DNA of 64,000 nt from Candidatus Bathyarchaeia archaeon (GCA_049513715.1 JBEKVV010000007.1:29142-93141); one strand, 5' to 3'. Counted from the first letter of the stretch, positions 9,807-19,649 are shown. Program-made: numbers and translations. Notes: a model not told the origin generated them from the sequence alone.

Positions 9807-11234
9807 TTACGCAACGCCATCAAAACCCAAAACACTCCACAATAACCCGCCCATCCCCCTTTTCAAAGAGGAACTTGCGCGAGGATTTGGCGATTTGGCG
9901 AATATGGGGCACAAAACTGCCCCACTGCCCCCCACCCCCCACCTAACAATAATAGAAAGACAAACAAGCACGCGCGCGCCCGCAAAAATCACACCACCCC
10001 CCCTATGGGGGGGTAGAACACCAAGCACCCCAGCCATGCTGCGAAACCGACTCTCCGCATCGGCCTTCGCACCTTCATCCACCCATAATCCACGTTTGGC
10101 TAAACCCGACAGTGCCTTACTCAAGTTCACAAGCACGGTTAGGGCTCTGGGGGTATCAAAATCATCATCCATACAGCCCCGAAAATCCGACTCCGCTCTA
10201 TGAACCAGAGCCGCAAGCTTCGCATTACCTTTGACTCCGGGGTTGAGTTTGGTTGTGGTGAAAACCTCGAAAGCCTTCGCCAGCGAGTTCGCCTTTCCTT
10301 TGGCCTTGTTGAGCCTAGCCGCCGAAACAACCACTGGCTCTCGGTAGTGGGCTGAGGCGAAATAGTACCTCAACTCATACGCCCTGTAGTCCTTCAAAGC
10401 GTCCCGAATTCGGATCATGTTTCCTAAGGATTTGCTCATCTTCTTCCCGTTAACACTCAGCAGGCCTGTGTGCAACCAAAGCCGAACAAACGGCGCCTTA
10501 CCCGTCAACGCCTCCGCCTGAGCAATCTCAGCCTCATGGTGCGGAAACATCAGTTCAGAGGCGCCGCCGTGAATATCGTACGTGTCGCCGAACTTGGCCA
10601 TGGATATGGCTGTGTCTTCCACATGCCACCCCGGTCGGCCGAACCCCCACGGGGAATCATAGCCCCAACCACCCTCAAGCTTCCTCCACACCGAGAAATC
10701 CTCAGGGTGACGCTTAGACGAGCACAACTCAAGACGCTTCAACCCCAGGTCCTCTCGGCTCTGCTGGGACAGTTCACCAAACTTGGGAAACTTGCTAACC
10801 TCAAAGTAGACACCGGTATCCGTTTCGTAAGCGACTCCCCTGCCGACGAGGCCAGCAACTTGCGCTTGAATCTCCGGCATGTGGTCAGACGCCCTCTCAA
10901 GGTCGTCAATGTTCCTTATTCCGAGATTTCTGATATCTTCCAGAAAGGCCACCTCGAACTCGTGCGCGAGCTCCAAGGGTTCCCTGTGCAGTTGCCTCGC
11001 CCGCTGCGCAACCTTCTCGGCCACGTCGGTGATATTCATCAGGTAGTTGACTTTGAACCCTGAATACTCCAAATACCGAACAATCATGTCGAAGGCAAGA
11101 TACGTGCGGGCGTGGCCTAAGTGAACGTAATCGTAAACCGTGGGCCCACAAACGAACATTTTCAGCGTGCTGCCGGCGAGCATGGGAAAAACCTCCTTTC
11201 GCCGTGAAAGCGAATTGTAAACCTGTAAGGTCAG
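9807..11234 (-). CDS. cysS: Cysteine--tRNA ligase (short form; probable CTG start; atypical C-terminal read-through)
   Basis: CGPTVY, HLGH, GRPGWH, FPHHE.E.AQ, KMSKS; conserved N-terminus LQVYNSLSRRKEVF lies upstream of the ATG at 11183. Confidence 0.88.
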   Translation of the reverse strand: MTLQVYNSLSRRKEVFPMLAGSTLKMFVCGPTVYDYVHLGHARTYLAFDMIVRYLEYSGFKVNYLMNITDVAEKVAQRARQLHREPLELAHEFEVAFLEDIRNLGIRNIDDLERASDHMPEIQAQVAGLVGRGVAYETDTGVYFEVSKFPKFGELSQQSREDLGLKRLELCSSKRHPEDFSVWRKLEGGWGYDSPWGFGRPGWHVEDTAISMAKFGDTYDIHGGASELMFPHHEAEIAQAEALTGKAPFVRLWLHTGLLSVNGKKMSKSLGNMIRIRDALKDYRAYELRYYFASAHYREPVVVSAARLNKAKGKANSLAKAFEVFTTTKLNPGVKGNAKLAALVHRAESDFRGCMDDDFDTPRALTVLVNLSKALSGLAKRGLWVDEGAKADAESRFRSMAGVLGVLPPHRGGGVIFAGARVLVCLSIIVRWGVGGSGAVLCPIFAKSPNPRASSSLKRGMGGLLWSVLGFDGVA

Positions 11235-11463
11235 TTCCCGATCCCTCCCCTCAAGTTGTTTGGCAACCTCGCTACTCAGGTCTATATACCCCTAGGTTTC
11301 CAGAGGAAATAACAAATCGCCAGCGCATGCTCCCTCGTCCACTGGCATCGCGAGATCTCAGAACCCCTTCTCTCAATCGGTACAGTAACAGGGCACCAGC
11401 TATCCCTATGCCCCAAACCTAACCATGTGGGGCGAAACCGGCTCAAGTCAGTGGCTTTGTCGC

Positions 11464-11697
11464 TTAGGTGGTCGGTTTCTTTCTGCCTTGGACGATATAG
11501 TAATTCTCGTCCACGTCTATCTCAAGGTCCGGCACAAACGACAGGATAAATTCGATCAATTCATCCATGCTACGCTTATGTTTCTCCTTGAGCTGCAGGA
11601 AGCCCTGTAGGCTGACCAGGCGTTCGTACATGTCAGAGCTTATCTTAACGCTACGACTCAGCCGCCTCTTCTTGCTCTGCTCAAAAGGCCTCGACAC
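11464..11697 (-). CDS. Ribbon-helix-helix-like DNA-binding protein
   Basis: RSVKISSDMYERL...SMDELIEFIL pattern. Confidence 0.65.
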   Translation of the reverse strand: MSRPFEQSKKRRLSRSVKISSDMYERLVSLQGFLQLKEKHKRSMDELIEFILSFVPDLEIDVDENYYIVQGRKKPTT

Positions 11698-11848
11698 TAT
11701 TTCTCCCTAGTAGAAATGTGGTGTTAATTCCTATTATTATTATTTCTCCTCTTATTACTACAGCTCCAATCCACCTTAAATACAAAGACGTACTGCATGT
11801 CTTCTGTAAGTTCAGTGTAGATTTTGAACCTTGGAGGTGAAATGAAAA

Positions 11849-11932
11849 ATGGCAAAGAAACGCAAGGTTAAGATGCGAGTTAACGCAGACGCTCCAAGAT
11901 CCGAGAAGGGCAGCAGCGAATACGTAGCATAA
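11849..11932 (+). CDS. 27-aa basic peptide MAKKRKVKMRVNADAPRSEKGSSEYVA
   Basis: Perfect SD GGAGGTGA 8 nt upstream, CTTAAA box further upstream, hairpins downstream. Confidence 0.55.
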   Translation: MAKKRKVKMRVNADAPRSEKGSSEYVA

Positions 11933-11959
11933 GCCCAACGAGGCTAATGCTGCTTGAAC

Positions 11960-11998
11960 GAGGTTCCTTCGGGAACCTTCCCGATTTACCCTTTTTCT
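11960..11998 (+). terminator. Hairpin AGGTTCC-TTCG-GGAACCT followed by a pyrimidine/T tract
   Basis: 7-bp stem with UUCG loop and downstream CTTTTT. Confidence 0.55.
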
Positions 11999-12105
11999 GG
12001 TAAGTTCCTAATTCCTCTGGCGATCGAGGCCACATCTTCCATATGGATAATGTCTTAAACTAAATCACACATACGTAGCCGAACTCCCAGTAGTGTGCTC
12101 AACTC

Positions 12106-12876
12106 ATGATTGAGTTAATCGAAGGGCGCATAGCACAGCTCATACTCCTCATCATCGTGCTAGCCGCTATCTATGAGGTAACACGCATCGCCCGCGGACG
12201 AAAAATGAAGACACGGGGCATCCCAGGCCTGGAAAGGCTAGATGGGTGGATTAAGCAGGCAGGGACCCTAGATCGAAGTGTATTCTTCACTCCTGGGACT
12301 GGTGCAGTCACGTACCCGGACACGCTTGCCGCATTGGCGTTGCTTGAATATGTGGCAGAACGTTGTGTCGAGCAGAACGTCAAATTAATCGTCGGTAACG
12401 CGGATTTGAACGTGCAACAAGTCGCAGAGGACATTGTAAAGACGGCGTACACCAAAGCAGGCAAAGCAAAGGAATACAATCCGGACATAGTCCGCTTTAT
12501 CTCCGGAAGGCAATTCGCTTTTGCAGCGGGCGTAATGGGCATTCTGCGTCGTGAGAAACCTGCCGTTAACATATTCGTTGGGGATTTTTCAGCAGAAGCA
12601 TTGGCAATCGCTGAAGCGGGCCGATCCGATGCGATTGCGCAGTTCGGTGGCACAACGAACGTGGACCAACTACCCTTCTTCATGGCCACCTGCGACCTGA
12701 CGCTCATAGGTGAGGAGCTATTCACTGCACAGGGTTACTTGAAAAATGACCCGGATACCATTTCGACATATGTTGGGCCCGATGCAGGAAAAATCATAGC
12801 GATTCTATTGATCCTCGTCGGGGCCATCCTCGTTACGTTCGGCAACCAAATTCTGGTTAGCCTACTGGACCTGTGA
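12106..12876 (+). CDS. DUF6754-like membrane-anchored protein
   Basis: R.IPGL, FAAGVMG...REKPA.NIF.G.F.AEAL, QLPFF...CD..LIGEELF. Confidence 0.8.
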   Translation: MIELIEGRIAQLILLIIVLAAIYEVTRIARGRKMKTRGIPGLERLDGWIKQAGTLDRSVFFTPGTGAVTYPDTLAALALLEYVAERCVEQNVKLIVGNADLNVQQVAEDIVKTAYTKAGKAKEYNPDIVRFISGRQFAFAAGVMGILRREKPAVNIFVGDFSAEALAIAEAGRSDAIAQFGGTTNVDQLPFFMATCDLTLIGEELFTAQGYLKNDPDTISTYVGPDAGKIIAILLILVGAILVTFGNQILVSLLDL

Positions 12877-12886
12877 GGTTTGAAAA

Positions 12887-13579
12887 ATGGCTACAACTAA
12901 ACGCAAAATGACCCGAGAGGAGCTAATTCTTCAAGTCATAATTTTCTCGTTAGGGTTTTTCTTCGCTTTTGTCTACTACGTTAGGGTATCAGAACCCATA
13001 GACTTGCAGGCAGTCTCACAACAACTGTTCGCCTACCTGACCGCAATGCTTACCGCCGCTTTCGCAATCGGCATGATTAACCTCACCCGCGTTCACTGGA
13101 TCAACATCAAGCGGAAGCGAGCGACCTGGAAATTCAGCGTCATACTCATTGCTTCATTGTACGGAATGGCCATAGTTAGCTTGATTTCGTCGCCGTTCGC
13201 ATTGGATCCACAAGCCGCAGTTATACCTCAAGGCGTCATCAATTTGTTCAACCCAATCTTCGATTTCTTGTACTACAAAGTCCTTGTCACAATTAACTCC
13301 AGCATCTTCTCACTCCTAGCCTTCTTCATCGCATCAGCCGCCTACAGGGCATTCAAAGCCCGATCACTAGAGTCAACTATTCTTCTACTCGCAGGGCTCT
13401 TAGTGGTCATAGGGCAAGCACCTGTTGCGGACGTTGCTTGGCCAGGTTTCGCCACAATACGGGACTGGATCCTAGCATACCCAAACACAGCAGGGCAAAG
13501 GGGAATCCTGATTGGTGCAGCACTCGGTATTCTCGCGTTCAGTGTTCGGCGCATGATTCGCTATCCGTGGGGAAGATGA
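12887..13579 (+). CDS. Integral membrane protein (DUF6754 operon)
   Basis: Multi-TM, FSLLAFFIASAAYRAF and PNTAGQRGILIG motifs. Confidence 0.8.
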   Translation: MATTKRKMTREELILQVIIFSLGFFFAFVYYVRVSEPIDLQAVSQQLFAYLTAMLTAAFAIGMINLTRVHWINIKRKRATWKFSVILIASLYGMAIVSLISSPFALDPQAAVIPQGVINLFNPIFDFLYYKVLVTINSSIFSLLAFFIASAAYRAFKARSLESTILLLAGLLVVIGQAPVADVAWPGFATIRDWILAYPNTAGQRGILIGAALGILAFSVRRMIRYPWGR

Positions 13580-14425
13580 ATGAACAAATACAAAGTCGCT
13601 TCTGATCCTCGAATGATCTATGTTCTCTTGGCACTGGTGGTTACTGTGCCGATACTCACCCATTCGGTACTGCCAGTTCCTATTAGTGACACAACGCGGG
13701 CGGTCTTCGATTACATTGACAAATTACCTGCCAACAGTTTAGTTGTTCTGAGCTTCGATTACTCTACCAGCGTAGTTCCAGAACTTCATCCGCAAGCAAT
13801 AGTCGTGACCCAACATGTGTTCTTACGACCGCTGAAGGTACTGTTTGTGGCACAGTACACTGACGGTCCAGCCCTCGCAGACGCGGTGCTTGACGCGATT
13901 AACAAAGGCAACAAGACATATGGCGTCGACTACGCCACTCTAGGGTATATTCCGAATTCTGCAACAGTCATAGGAATGACGACAAACCTCCAACAGTACT
14001 TCCCCGTGGACACCCGCGGCACCTCCACGAACGACCTCCCTATCATTCGAGAGTTTCCAGCCGCAAAGATGACGTCCCTACTCGTCTCGTTCTCGGCAGG
14101 AGATCCCGGTTTATTGACGTACCTTCAGTATTGGGAAACCCCCTATGGTATTCCGACTGCCGCCGGCTCCCCGGCTACCCTCGCGCCTGGGTATGAGCCG
14201 TTCTATAATTCTCATCAGATCGTTGGCATACTCATCAGCATGCGGGCGGCGGCAGAATACGAACTCCTACTCACCGCTGAATACCACACACCTATTGGAT
14301 TAAGTGGAGCTACGTCAGCAATGGTCGCCCAATCAAGCTCTCAAATGCTCATTGTTGCTATGGTCATTGTGGGAAACGTAGCCTATTTTGTCGGAACCCG
14401 ACGCACCAAGGGGGCCCCCAAGTAA
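13580..14425 (+). CDS. Membrane-anchored protein with large soluble domain (DUF6754 operon)
   Basis: N- and C-terminal TM, SFDY....PEL.PQ, YGVDY..LGY, AAEYE. Confidence 0.8.
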   Translation: MNKYKVASDPRMIYVLLALVVTVPILTHSVLPVPISDTTRAVFDYIDKLPANSLVVLSFDYSTSVVPELHPQAIVVTQHVFLRPLKVLFVAQYTDGPALADAVLDAINKGNKTYGVDYATLGYIPNSATVIGMTTNLQQYFPVDTRGTSTNDLPIIREFPAAKMTSLLVSFSAGDPGLLTYLQYWETPYGIPTAAGSPATLAPGYEPFYNSHQIVGILISMRAAAEYELLLTAEYHTPIGLSGATSAMVAQSSSQMLIVAMVIVGNVAYFVGTRRTKGAPK

Positions 14426-15178
14426 ATGGTTAACATTTTCAACGTCATCGGGGTCTGGGTCGCAGTCTTCCTCACACTGATGGTCCTGAGCTTCCTTTAC
14501 AAGGAGAATCCGTTCTTCCGCTTAACGGAGTACATTTTCATCGGATTAAGCAGCGGGTATGCTTTCGCAGCTTCTATCAGGTTATTCATCAACCAAGCTT
14601 TGAACCCCATTTTCGTTAATGGCAGCTTCGATTTCATTATCCCAGTTATACTGGGCGCACTGTGGTATACGCAGTTCAGCAAGAAGTACTCGTCCCTCTA
14701 CCGCCTTCCCCTAAGCCTCGCCATTGGATACGGGCTGGGAATTACAATCTGGAGCATCATGCAAACCTACTTCGTGCGACAAATCAGCGCAACCATGATC
14801 CCAATTTTCACCGGCGACATCGTTGGAACCATTGATGCCCTCGTCCTGGTTCTGGGAACAATCCTCTCATTGTCATATTTCATTCTACACAGAGAACAGA
14901 CGGGCGCGTGGGGTGGCGCCACGAAAATTGGAAAATACTTCGTTCTCGCGACACTTGGAGCTGTTTTCGGAAGCACTGTGCTCGGCCGCATGGCGCTTAT
15001 CATACAACGCGTCCAATTTCTAGCCGGCGACCCGGCGTTTCCCTGGCCTGCCTTGAGAATGGGAACGGCGCAGGATGGTAGTCTGGCTCCTGTTGCAATC
15101 GTCTTCTTTCTGATAGCTTTCGGTGTCTACCTATATCGGGAGCGCGGGAAACCACCCAACAACGTCAAGAAAACATGA
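14426..15178 (+). CDS. Integral membrane protein (DUF6754 operon)
   Basis: SFLYKENPFFR..E.IFIG, FG.TV.GR...I.R.QFL. Confidence 0.8.
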   Translation: MVNIFNVIGVWVAVFLTLMVLSFLYKENPFFRLTEYIFIGLSSGYAFAASIRLFINQALNPIFVNGSFDFIIPVILGALWYTQFSKKYSSLYRLPLSLAIGYGLGITIWSIMQTYFVRQISATMIPIFTGDIVGTIDALVLVLGTILSLSYFILHREQTGAWGGATKIGKYFVLATLGAVFGSTVLGRMALIIQRVQFLAGDPAFPWPALRMGTAQDGSLAPVAIVFFLIAFGVYLYRERGKPPNNVKKT

Positions 15179-15179
15179 A

Positions 15180-15458
15180 TTACAGTTTGCCTTTCGAAAG
15201 CTCCTCTATCCGCTCAATGATCCTGCCCACGTTCTCTTTCTTCATGAACAATCCCGTGTACTTGGGTCCCTCTAGTTCGAATAACCACTGAAGCGGTCCC
15301 AAGGCGAGGATCGCGAACTGGGACGCAATGAAAGAGAATGGCCGCGTGGCTTCAAGGAACATGATTGCGGGGGCTTCAAGCCCCTTATCTACAACGAGCC
15401 TTGCAATGTTGTTTATCAGTTTCCTTTCTTCTTCATCGGTCAAATCAAATTCCGACAA
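15180..15458 (-). CDS. Conserved hypothetical protein
   Basis: GLEAPAIMFLE..RP.SFIASQ motif. Confidence 0.75.
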   Translation of the reverse strand: MSEFDLTDEEERKLINNIARLVVDKGLEAPAIMFLEATRPFSFIASQFAILALGPLQWLFELEGPKYTGLFMKKENVGRIIERIEELSKGKL

Positions 15459-15478
15459 CTTGCCAGAATCTTCCCGCC

Positions 15479-16240
15479 TTACACTGAGCGGAAGACGGTT
15501 TCTTCCGGGTAAACTTCGATGCCTTCAGACGTTATCCGGTACGGGCAGAGCCTATCAGTGTGTTTAGCGCCTCGCATCTTCCTGACTTCAAGTGCCTTAA
15601 CATTCGACTCTTCTACACGGTACATATGCAGGACAATGACCCCTTGGGCAAGGAAAGCCTCGGCACCGAACCTAGTCACGTCCTGTCTATCCTCCGAGTT
15701 CTCCGCCAACATGAAAGTCGTGAGGTCCATCTCAGTGAGCTCTTTAATTAGGCGCAGCGTTTGCTGGCGAATATCAAAATCTTCTTTGTATTGCAAGGTA
15801 AGCGCTGAAATCGAATCTATTACACAACGCTTCGCGCCGATCTTCTTCTTTACTTCCGCGATCGCGTTGACAACGTTGTCGATGTTGAATTTGGCTGCAC
15901 CAAGGAAACTTTGCTGAAGCGCGGTTGGAACGAACGTCCCCGTCCTCTCCCGCTTAATGGGGGAGACGTCAACAAATCCGAACTTTCCTGTCTTTTCCTC
16001 TTCGGAAATGTTCCAACCGTACCTCTGAGCGTTGCTCGCGATGGAATAGGGTGGTTCGTCAAAAGTAACGTACATTCCGTTCTCCCCAAACTCAGTCGCG
16101 CCCTTGTAGAGGTATTGAACACCGAAAGTTGTCTTACCAGTGCCAGGGCCGCCAAGTAGCAGGAAACTATAACCTCTGGGCAAACCGCCTTCAATCAGTT
16201 CATCCAACCCCTTGATCCCAGTCTTAACTCGCTCATCCAA
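15479..16240 (-). CDS. KaiC/RAD55-like ATPase
   Basis: TGIKGLDELIEGG, Walker A GGPGTGKT, Walker B VIDS, KMRG; start approximate. Confidence 0.9.
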   Translation of the reverse strand: MDERVKTGIKGLDELIEGGLPRGYSFLLLGGPGTGKTTFGVQYLYKGATEFGENGMYVTFDEPPYSIASNAQRYGWNISEEEKTGKFGFVDVSPIKRERTGTFVPTALQQSFLGAAKFNIDNVVNAIAEVKKKIGAKRCVIDSISALTLQYKEDFDIRQQTLRLIKELTEMDLTTFMLAENSEDRQDVTRFGAEAFLAQGVIVLHMYRVEESNVKALEVRKMRGAKHTDRLCPYRITSEGIEVYPEETVFRSV

Positions 16241-16349
16241 AGCTAGAACCAGACCTCCGTGCCCAGAATGGACGGCCAACTCGATAATAAGCACTATCAA
16301 TAACTTCGTGGACTCAATCTACCAAAGTTCAAGCAGAAGGGTTACGCTG

Positions 16350-17843
16350 ATGGAAAACCTGCGACGTTTCATCCAAAACCTTGCGTCCGCAGGATATCAG
16401 CTCGACCGCTCAGCTTTTGACTACATCAAGACCCTAGACGATCCCCAAGCCGACAAATTCGAGAAAACCCTACTTTCTAGAATCGGCGAAGAACCCAAGG
16501 CCAGCCGCATACTGACAAAAGAGAACTTAGTGGAATTCACCGCGCCAAGTCCCTTCGGTTCATCTCAAGTCTTAGCATCAGTCGCGCCCACAATACCAGC
16601 CAAACAAATCTCCCCTCGGCTTGAAATCCTCAAAGACCCATCGAAGCAAATCGGAACAGGCAGCGGCATCGAAGACTTCTCGCATTACTTCCGCGACAGA
16701 TTTCACAAACTATCCTCAAGATTCCGCGAGCGCCCGGACTCACGTGACGCGGGCAGCATCGCAATGGCAATGAAGGCCGCACAAAACGAAAGAGTCAAAA
16801 TCCTTGCCATGGTCATGGAAAAACGCGAACGCCAACGCAGAATATTCCTGCAGGTCGACGATTTGGAAGACAGCACAACCGTACTTGTTTCTCCCGAAGA
16901 GCGCAGTGCCTATGAAGTGGCACAAAAGACCCCCCTAGATCAGGTGGTCTGCATTTCCGGCGTCCGCGCAAAGGGTGACCTTATTGTCGCCAAGGAGATC
17001 CTGCTTCCCGACATCCCCGACCATAAGCCACACTTGGCTGACGAGGAAGTGTGGGCAGTCCTCCTGTCGGACCTGCATATTGGGAGCAAGAAGTTTCTAG
17101 GTGACGCCTTGAGCCGGGTTCTCGACTGGTTGAACATGAAAACCGGCGCACCAGATCAAAGGGCTATGGCTGAACGCACGAAATACGTTACGATCTGCGG
17201 CGATATAGTCGACGGTATCGGAATCTATCCTCGCCAAGAACACGAGCTGGAGATCATAGACCTCTACGAACAGTACAAGGAAGCGGCGAAATATATCGGA
17301 AAGATTCCAGACCACATTGAAACCATAATATTGCCAGGTAACCACGACCCAGTTAGGCAGGCGCTCCCACAACCAGCCATACCGAAAGACTTCGGAGAGC
17401 CCTTGTACGAAAGCCGGGCGTTAATCTCCCTCGGTAACCCCTGCGAGGTCGCTCTCCATGATGTCAAGCTACTTCTACACCATGGCAGAAGCCTAGACGA
17501 CGTAATCACGAGTGTCCCAAACGTCGATTTCACGCAACCTGAAAAGGCGATGAGGCTTCAACTACAGTGCCGGCACCTTGCCTCAGAGTATGGCAACAGA
17601 ACCTCAATTTCGCCAGAAAAAGTTGACCACCTCGTCATAGAGGACGTCCCAGACATATTCCAATCCGGCCACATTCATGTGGTCAAGTTCGAGAACTACC
17701 GGGGCACGCAAATTGTGAATTCCGGCGCTTGGCAAGCCCAGACCGACTACCAAAAACGAGTGGGGCTTGTGCCCACGCCTGGGATCCTAACTGCAGTTAA
17801 TCTGAGCACCCTCGAGGTCCGTCCCATCAAGTTTCTAGATTAA
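16350..17843 (+). CDS. DNA polymerase D small subunit DP1
   Basis: OB fold followed by calcineurin-like motifs SDLHIGS, GDIVDG, PGNHD, HG.SLDD, GHIH. Confidence 0.95.
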   Translation: MENLRRFIQNLASAGYQLDRSAFDYIKTLDDPQADKFEKTLLSRIGEEPKASRILTKENLVEFTAPSPFGSSQVLASVAPTIPAKQISPRLEILKDPSKQIGTGSGIEDFSHYFRDRFHKLSSRFRERPDSRDAGSIAMAMKAAQNERVKILAMVMEKRERQRRIFLQVDDLEDSTTVLVSPEERSAYEVAQKTPLDQVVCISGVRAKGDLIVAKEILLPDIPDHKPHLADEEVWAVLLSDLHIGSKKFLGDALSRVLDWLNMKTGAPDQRAMAERTKYVTICGDIVDGIGIYPRQEHELEIIDLYEQYKEAAKYIGKIPDHIETIILPGNHDPVRQALPQPAIPKDFGEPLYESRALISLGNPCEVALHDVKLLLHHGRSLDDVITSVPNVDFTQPEKAMRLQLQCRHLASEYGNRTSISPEKVDHLVIEDVPDIFQSGHIHVVKFENYRGTQIVNSGAWQAQTDYQKRVGLVPTPGILTAVNLSTLEVRPIKFLD

Positions 17844-18397
17844 TCAAGGCAGCTCAATGTCCGAGCGAGGATTCTTGCTACCCTGATTGGCTCGGGTAGG
17901 CGTGAGATTGTGGCTGTGGAGCGAATTATGCTCCTCGCATGGGCAGGAGATGCTCCCTTCACCTCGAAGAAGAGTTTTGGTTCGTTTCGCAGGGGTTTAC
18001 ATGAGTAAAGTGGCCCTGCGTTTTGCACGGCTTCCCAGCGTTCCTTCCAATCCTTGAAGTGCTTACGTAGTGCCCTGTAGACTGCCGCATTGTGTGGTTT
18101 TTCACCACTTACCGCGATAACAGGCCTCTTCGTGACCCGCGCAAGTTTGGCAATGTCCACAACGTTGAACCCCCCAAACGAAACTCCTGACAACATGGCA
18201 ACATTATGTGGCACAGTCTTCAAGAGCGCCACCATCTTAGCATTGGAATCTCGACCGTCAACTTCTATGCGACTCGTTTTAACACTCTGTACGCGTAGGC
18301 CTTGGAATAGAACGGCCACTAGAAGCGTATGTTGTATCGTTTGTTTGTTCGGACGGAAGGCGCCATCGTCGACTCCGACAATGCGCAAGTCATGCAT
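17840..18397 (-). CDS. DUF99 family (endonuclease V-like) protein
   Basis: IVGVDDG, LSG..FGGFNVVD, PEPIRVA; overlaps the cdc6 stop. Confidence 0.85.
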   Translation of the reverse strand: MHDLRIVGVDDGAFRPNKQTIQHTLLVAVLFQGLRVQSVKTSRIEVDGRDSNAKMVALLKTVPHNVAMLSGVSFGGFNVVDIAKLARVTKRPVIAVSGEKPHNAAVYRALRKHFKDWKERWEAVQNAGPLYSCKPLRNEPKLFFEVKGASPAHARSIIRSTATISRLPEPIRVARILARTLSCLD

Positions 18398-19643
18398 GGT
18401 GTTTCTGTAACGATTTCGGGACGTAACCAAACAATCTGCCAGCAAGATTATCCTCGGCGTATGTGTCGGCGATTACGCGAGGAGCGACCCCGATTCTGAT
18501 CTTCTTGGTTCTCCCGTAACGGCCGAAACTCACGACCCGTGCGTTGAGTATGCCCATCACGTCCAATTCGTTGATTAACCCACTAACCCTCCGTTGTGTT
18601 AACGGTTCCAAGTCACTCATTGAGCAGAGTTCATGGTAAACCTCGTAAACGTCTCCCGTTATCGCCCCGCCCGGGGCCGGCAAATGGTTGTTCAGGAGAT
18701 ATGCCCCAACAAGCAAGATCTTTGAGTGGGCAGGCAGAGATTTCAACACCTCCGAAACGCGGTCGTGCTCAATCTTTTGCTGCGCCAAGCGAACGTGCTG
18801 CTCTTGCACATGGGCACCCCCTTCTCGCTCCGCTAGTTCCCCAGCAACCCGCAGAAGATCCAAGGCGCGCCTAGCGTCACCATGCTCGCCCGCTGCTAGG
18901 GCCGCACATAGCCTGACAGAGTTCTCCTCAACGCTTCCCTTCAAGAACGCAACACTAGCTCTCTCTTGAAGAATATCGAACAGTTCATCTGCGAGGTACG
19001 GGCGAAAGACAACCTCTTCCTCACTGAGCGAACTTAGAACCCGCGGATCCAAGAATTCTTTGAAGTGAAGGTCGTTAGATATTCCGACGACACTAATCCA
19101 GGACGAGTTGAGGTTCTCGTTTATCCTGGTCAGCTCGTATAGTAGAGAATCATCAGCATTATGCTTTATGAGAGCATCAATCTCGTCCAAGGTAACCAAC
19201 AGCGCTGTTCTATCTGCGTTGATTCCATTCGAAAAACGGTCCAACAGCTCCCCAACAGCAATCCCTGTAAATGGAACGTCGACGCCAATGGCTCGACAGA
19301 TTTCTGCCAGAACGCGGTAGTTCGTTCCAGCCAAACGACAGTTAATGTAGGCAAGCTTCACTGGTGCCCCTAGTTCATTCGCCTTCTTCTCCAGCTTGTC
19401 GAGAACGAACTTCGTGACGATCGTCTTTCCGGTCCCAGTCTTGCCGTAAACGAAAACGTTCGATATCTTAGATTGGTGAAGTGCTGGCGCAAGTATACCC
19501 GCAAGACGCTGAATATGCTCGTCTCTATGCGGCAGGTGCGGAGGCATGTAATCATGCCTAAGAACATCTCTTTCTGCGAAAATCCTCGCTGGCGAGAGAT
19601 ATTTGTCGAATATACTTTCTAGGGCGTCCGTTGTGGTTGTGAT
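18390..19643 (-). CDS. cdc6: Orc1/Cdc6 replication initiator (probable ATC start)
   Basis: YGKTGTGKT, LDEID, GDARRALDLLR, wHTH with GRYGRT; conserved N-terminus extends 32 codons beyond the ATG at 19547. Confidence 0.95.
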   Translation of the reverse strand: MTTTTDALESIFDKYLSPARIFAERDVLRHDYMPPHLPHRDEHIQRLAGILAPALHQSKISNVFVYGKTGTGKTIVTKFVLDKLEKKANELGAPVKLAYINCRLAGTNYRVLAEICRAIGVDVPFTGIAVGELLDRFSNGINADRTALLVTLDEIDALIKHNADDSLLYELTRINENLNSSWISVVGISNDLHFKEFLDPRVLSSLSEEEVVFRPYLADELFDILQERASVAFLKGSVEENSVRLCAALAAGEHGDARRALDLLRVAGELAEREGGAHVQEQHVRLAQQKIEHDRVSEVLKSLPAHSKILLVGAYLLNNHLPAPGGAITGDVYEVYHELCSMSDLEPLTQRRVSGLINELDVMGILNARVVSFGRYGRTKKIRIGVAPRVIADTYAEDNLAGRLFGYVPKSLQKHHA

Positions 19644-19649
19644 TTAGTC

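Noticed and set aside
9455..10203. ORFs 9455-9655, 9460-9711 and 9691-10203
   Set aside because: No recognisable motifs, biased composition, partly antisense to cysS.
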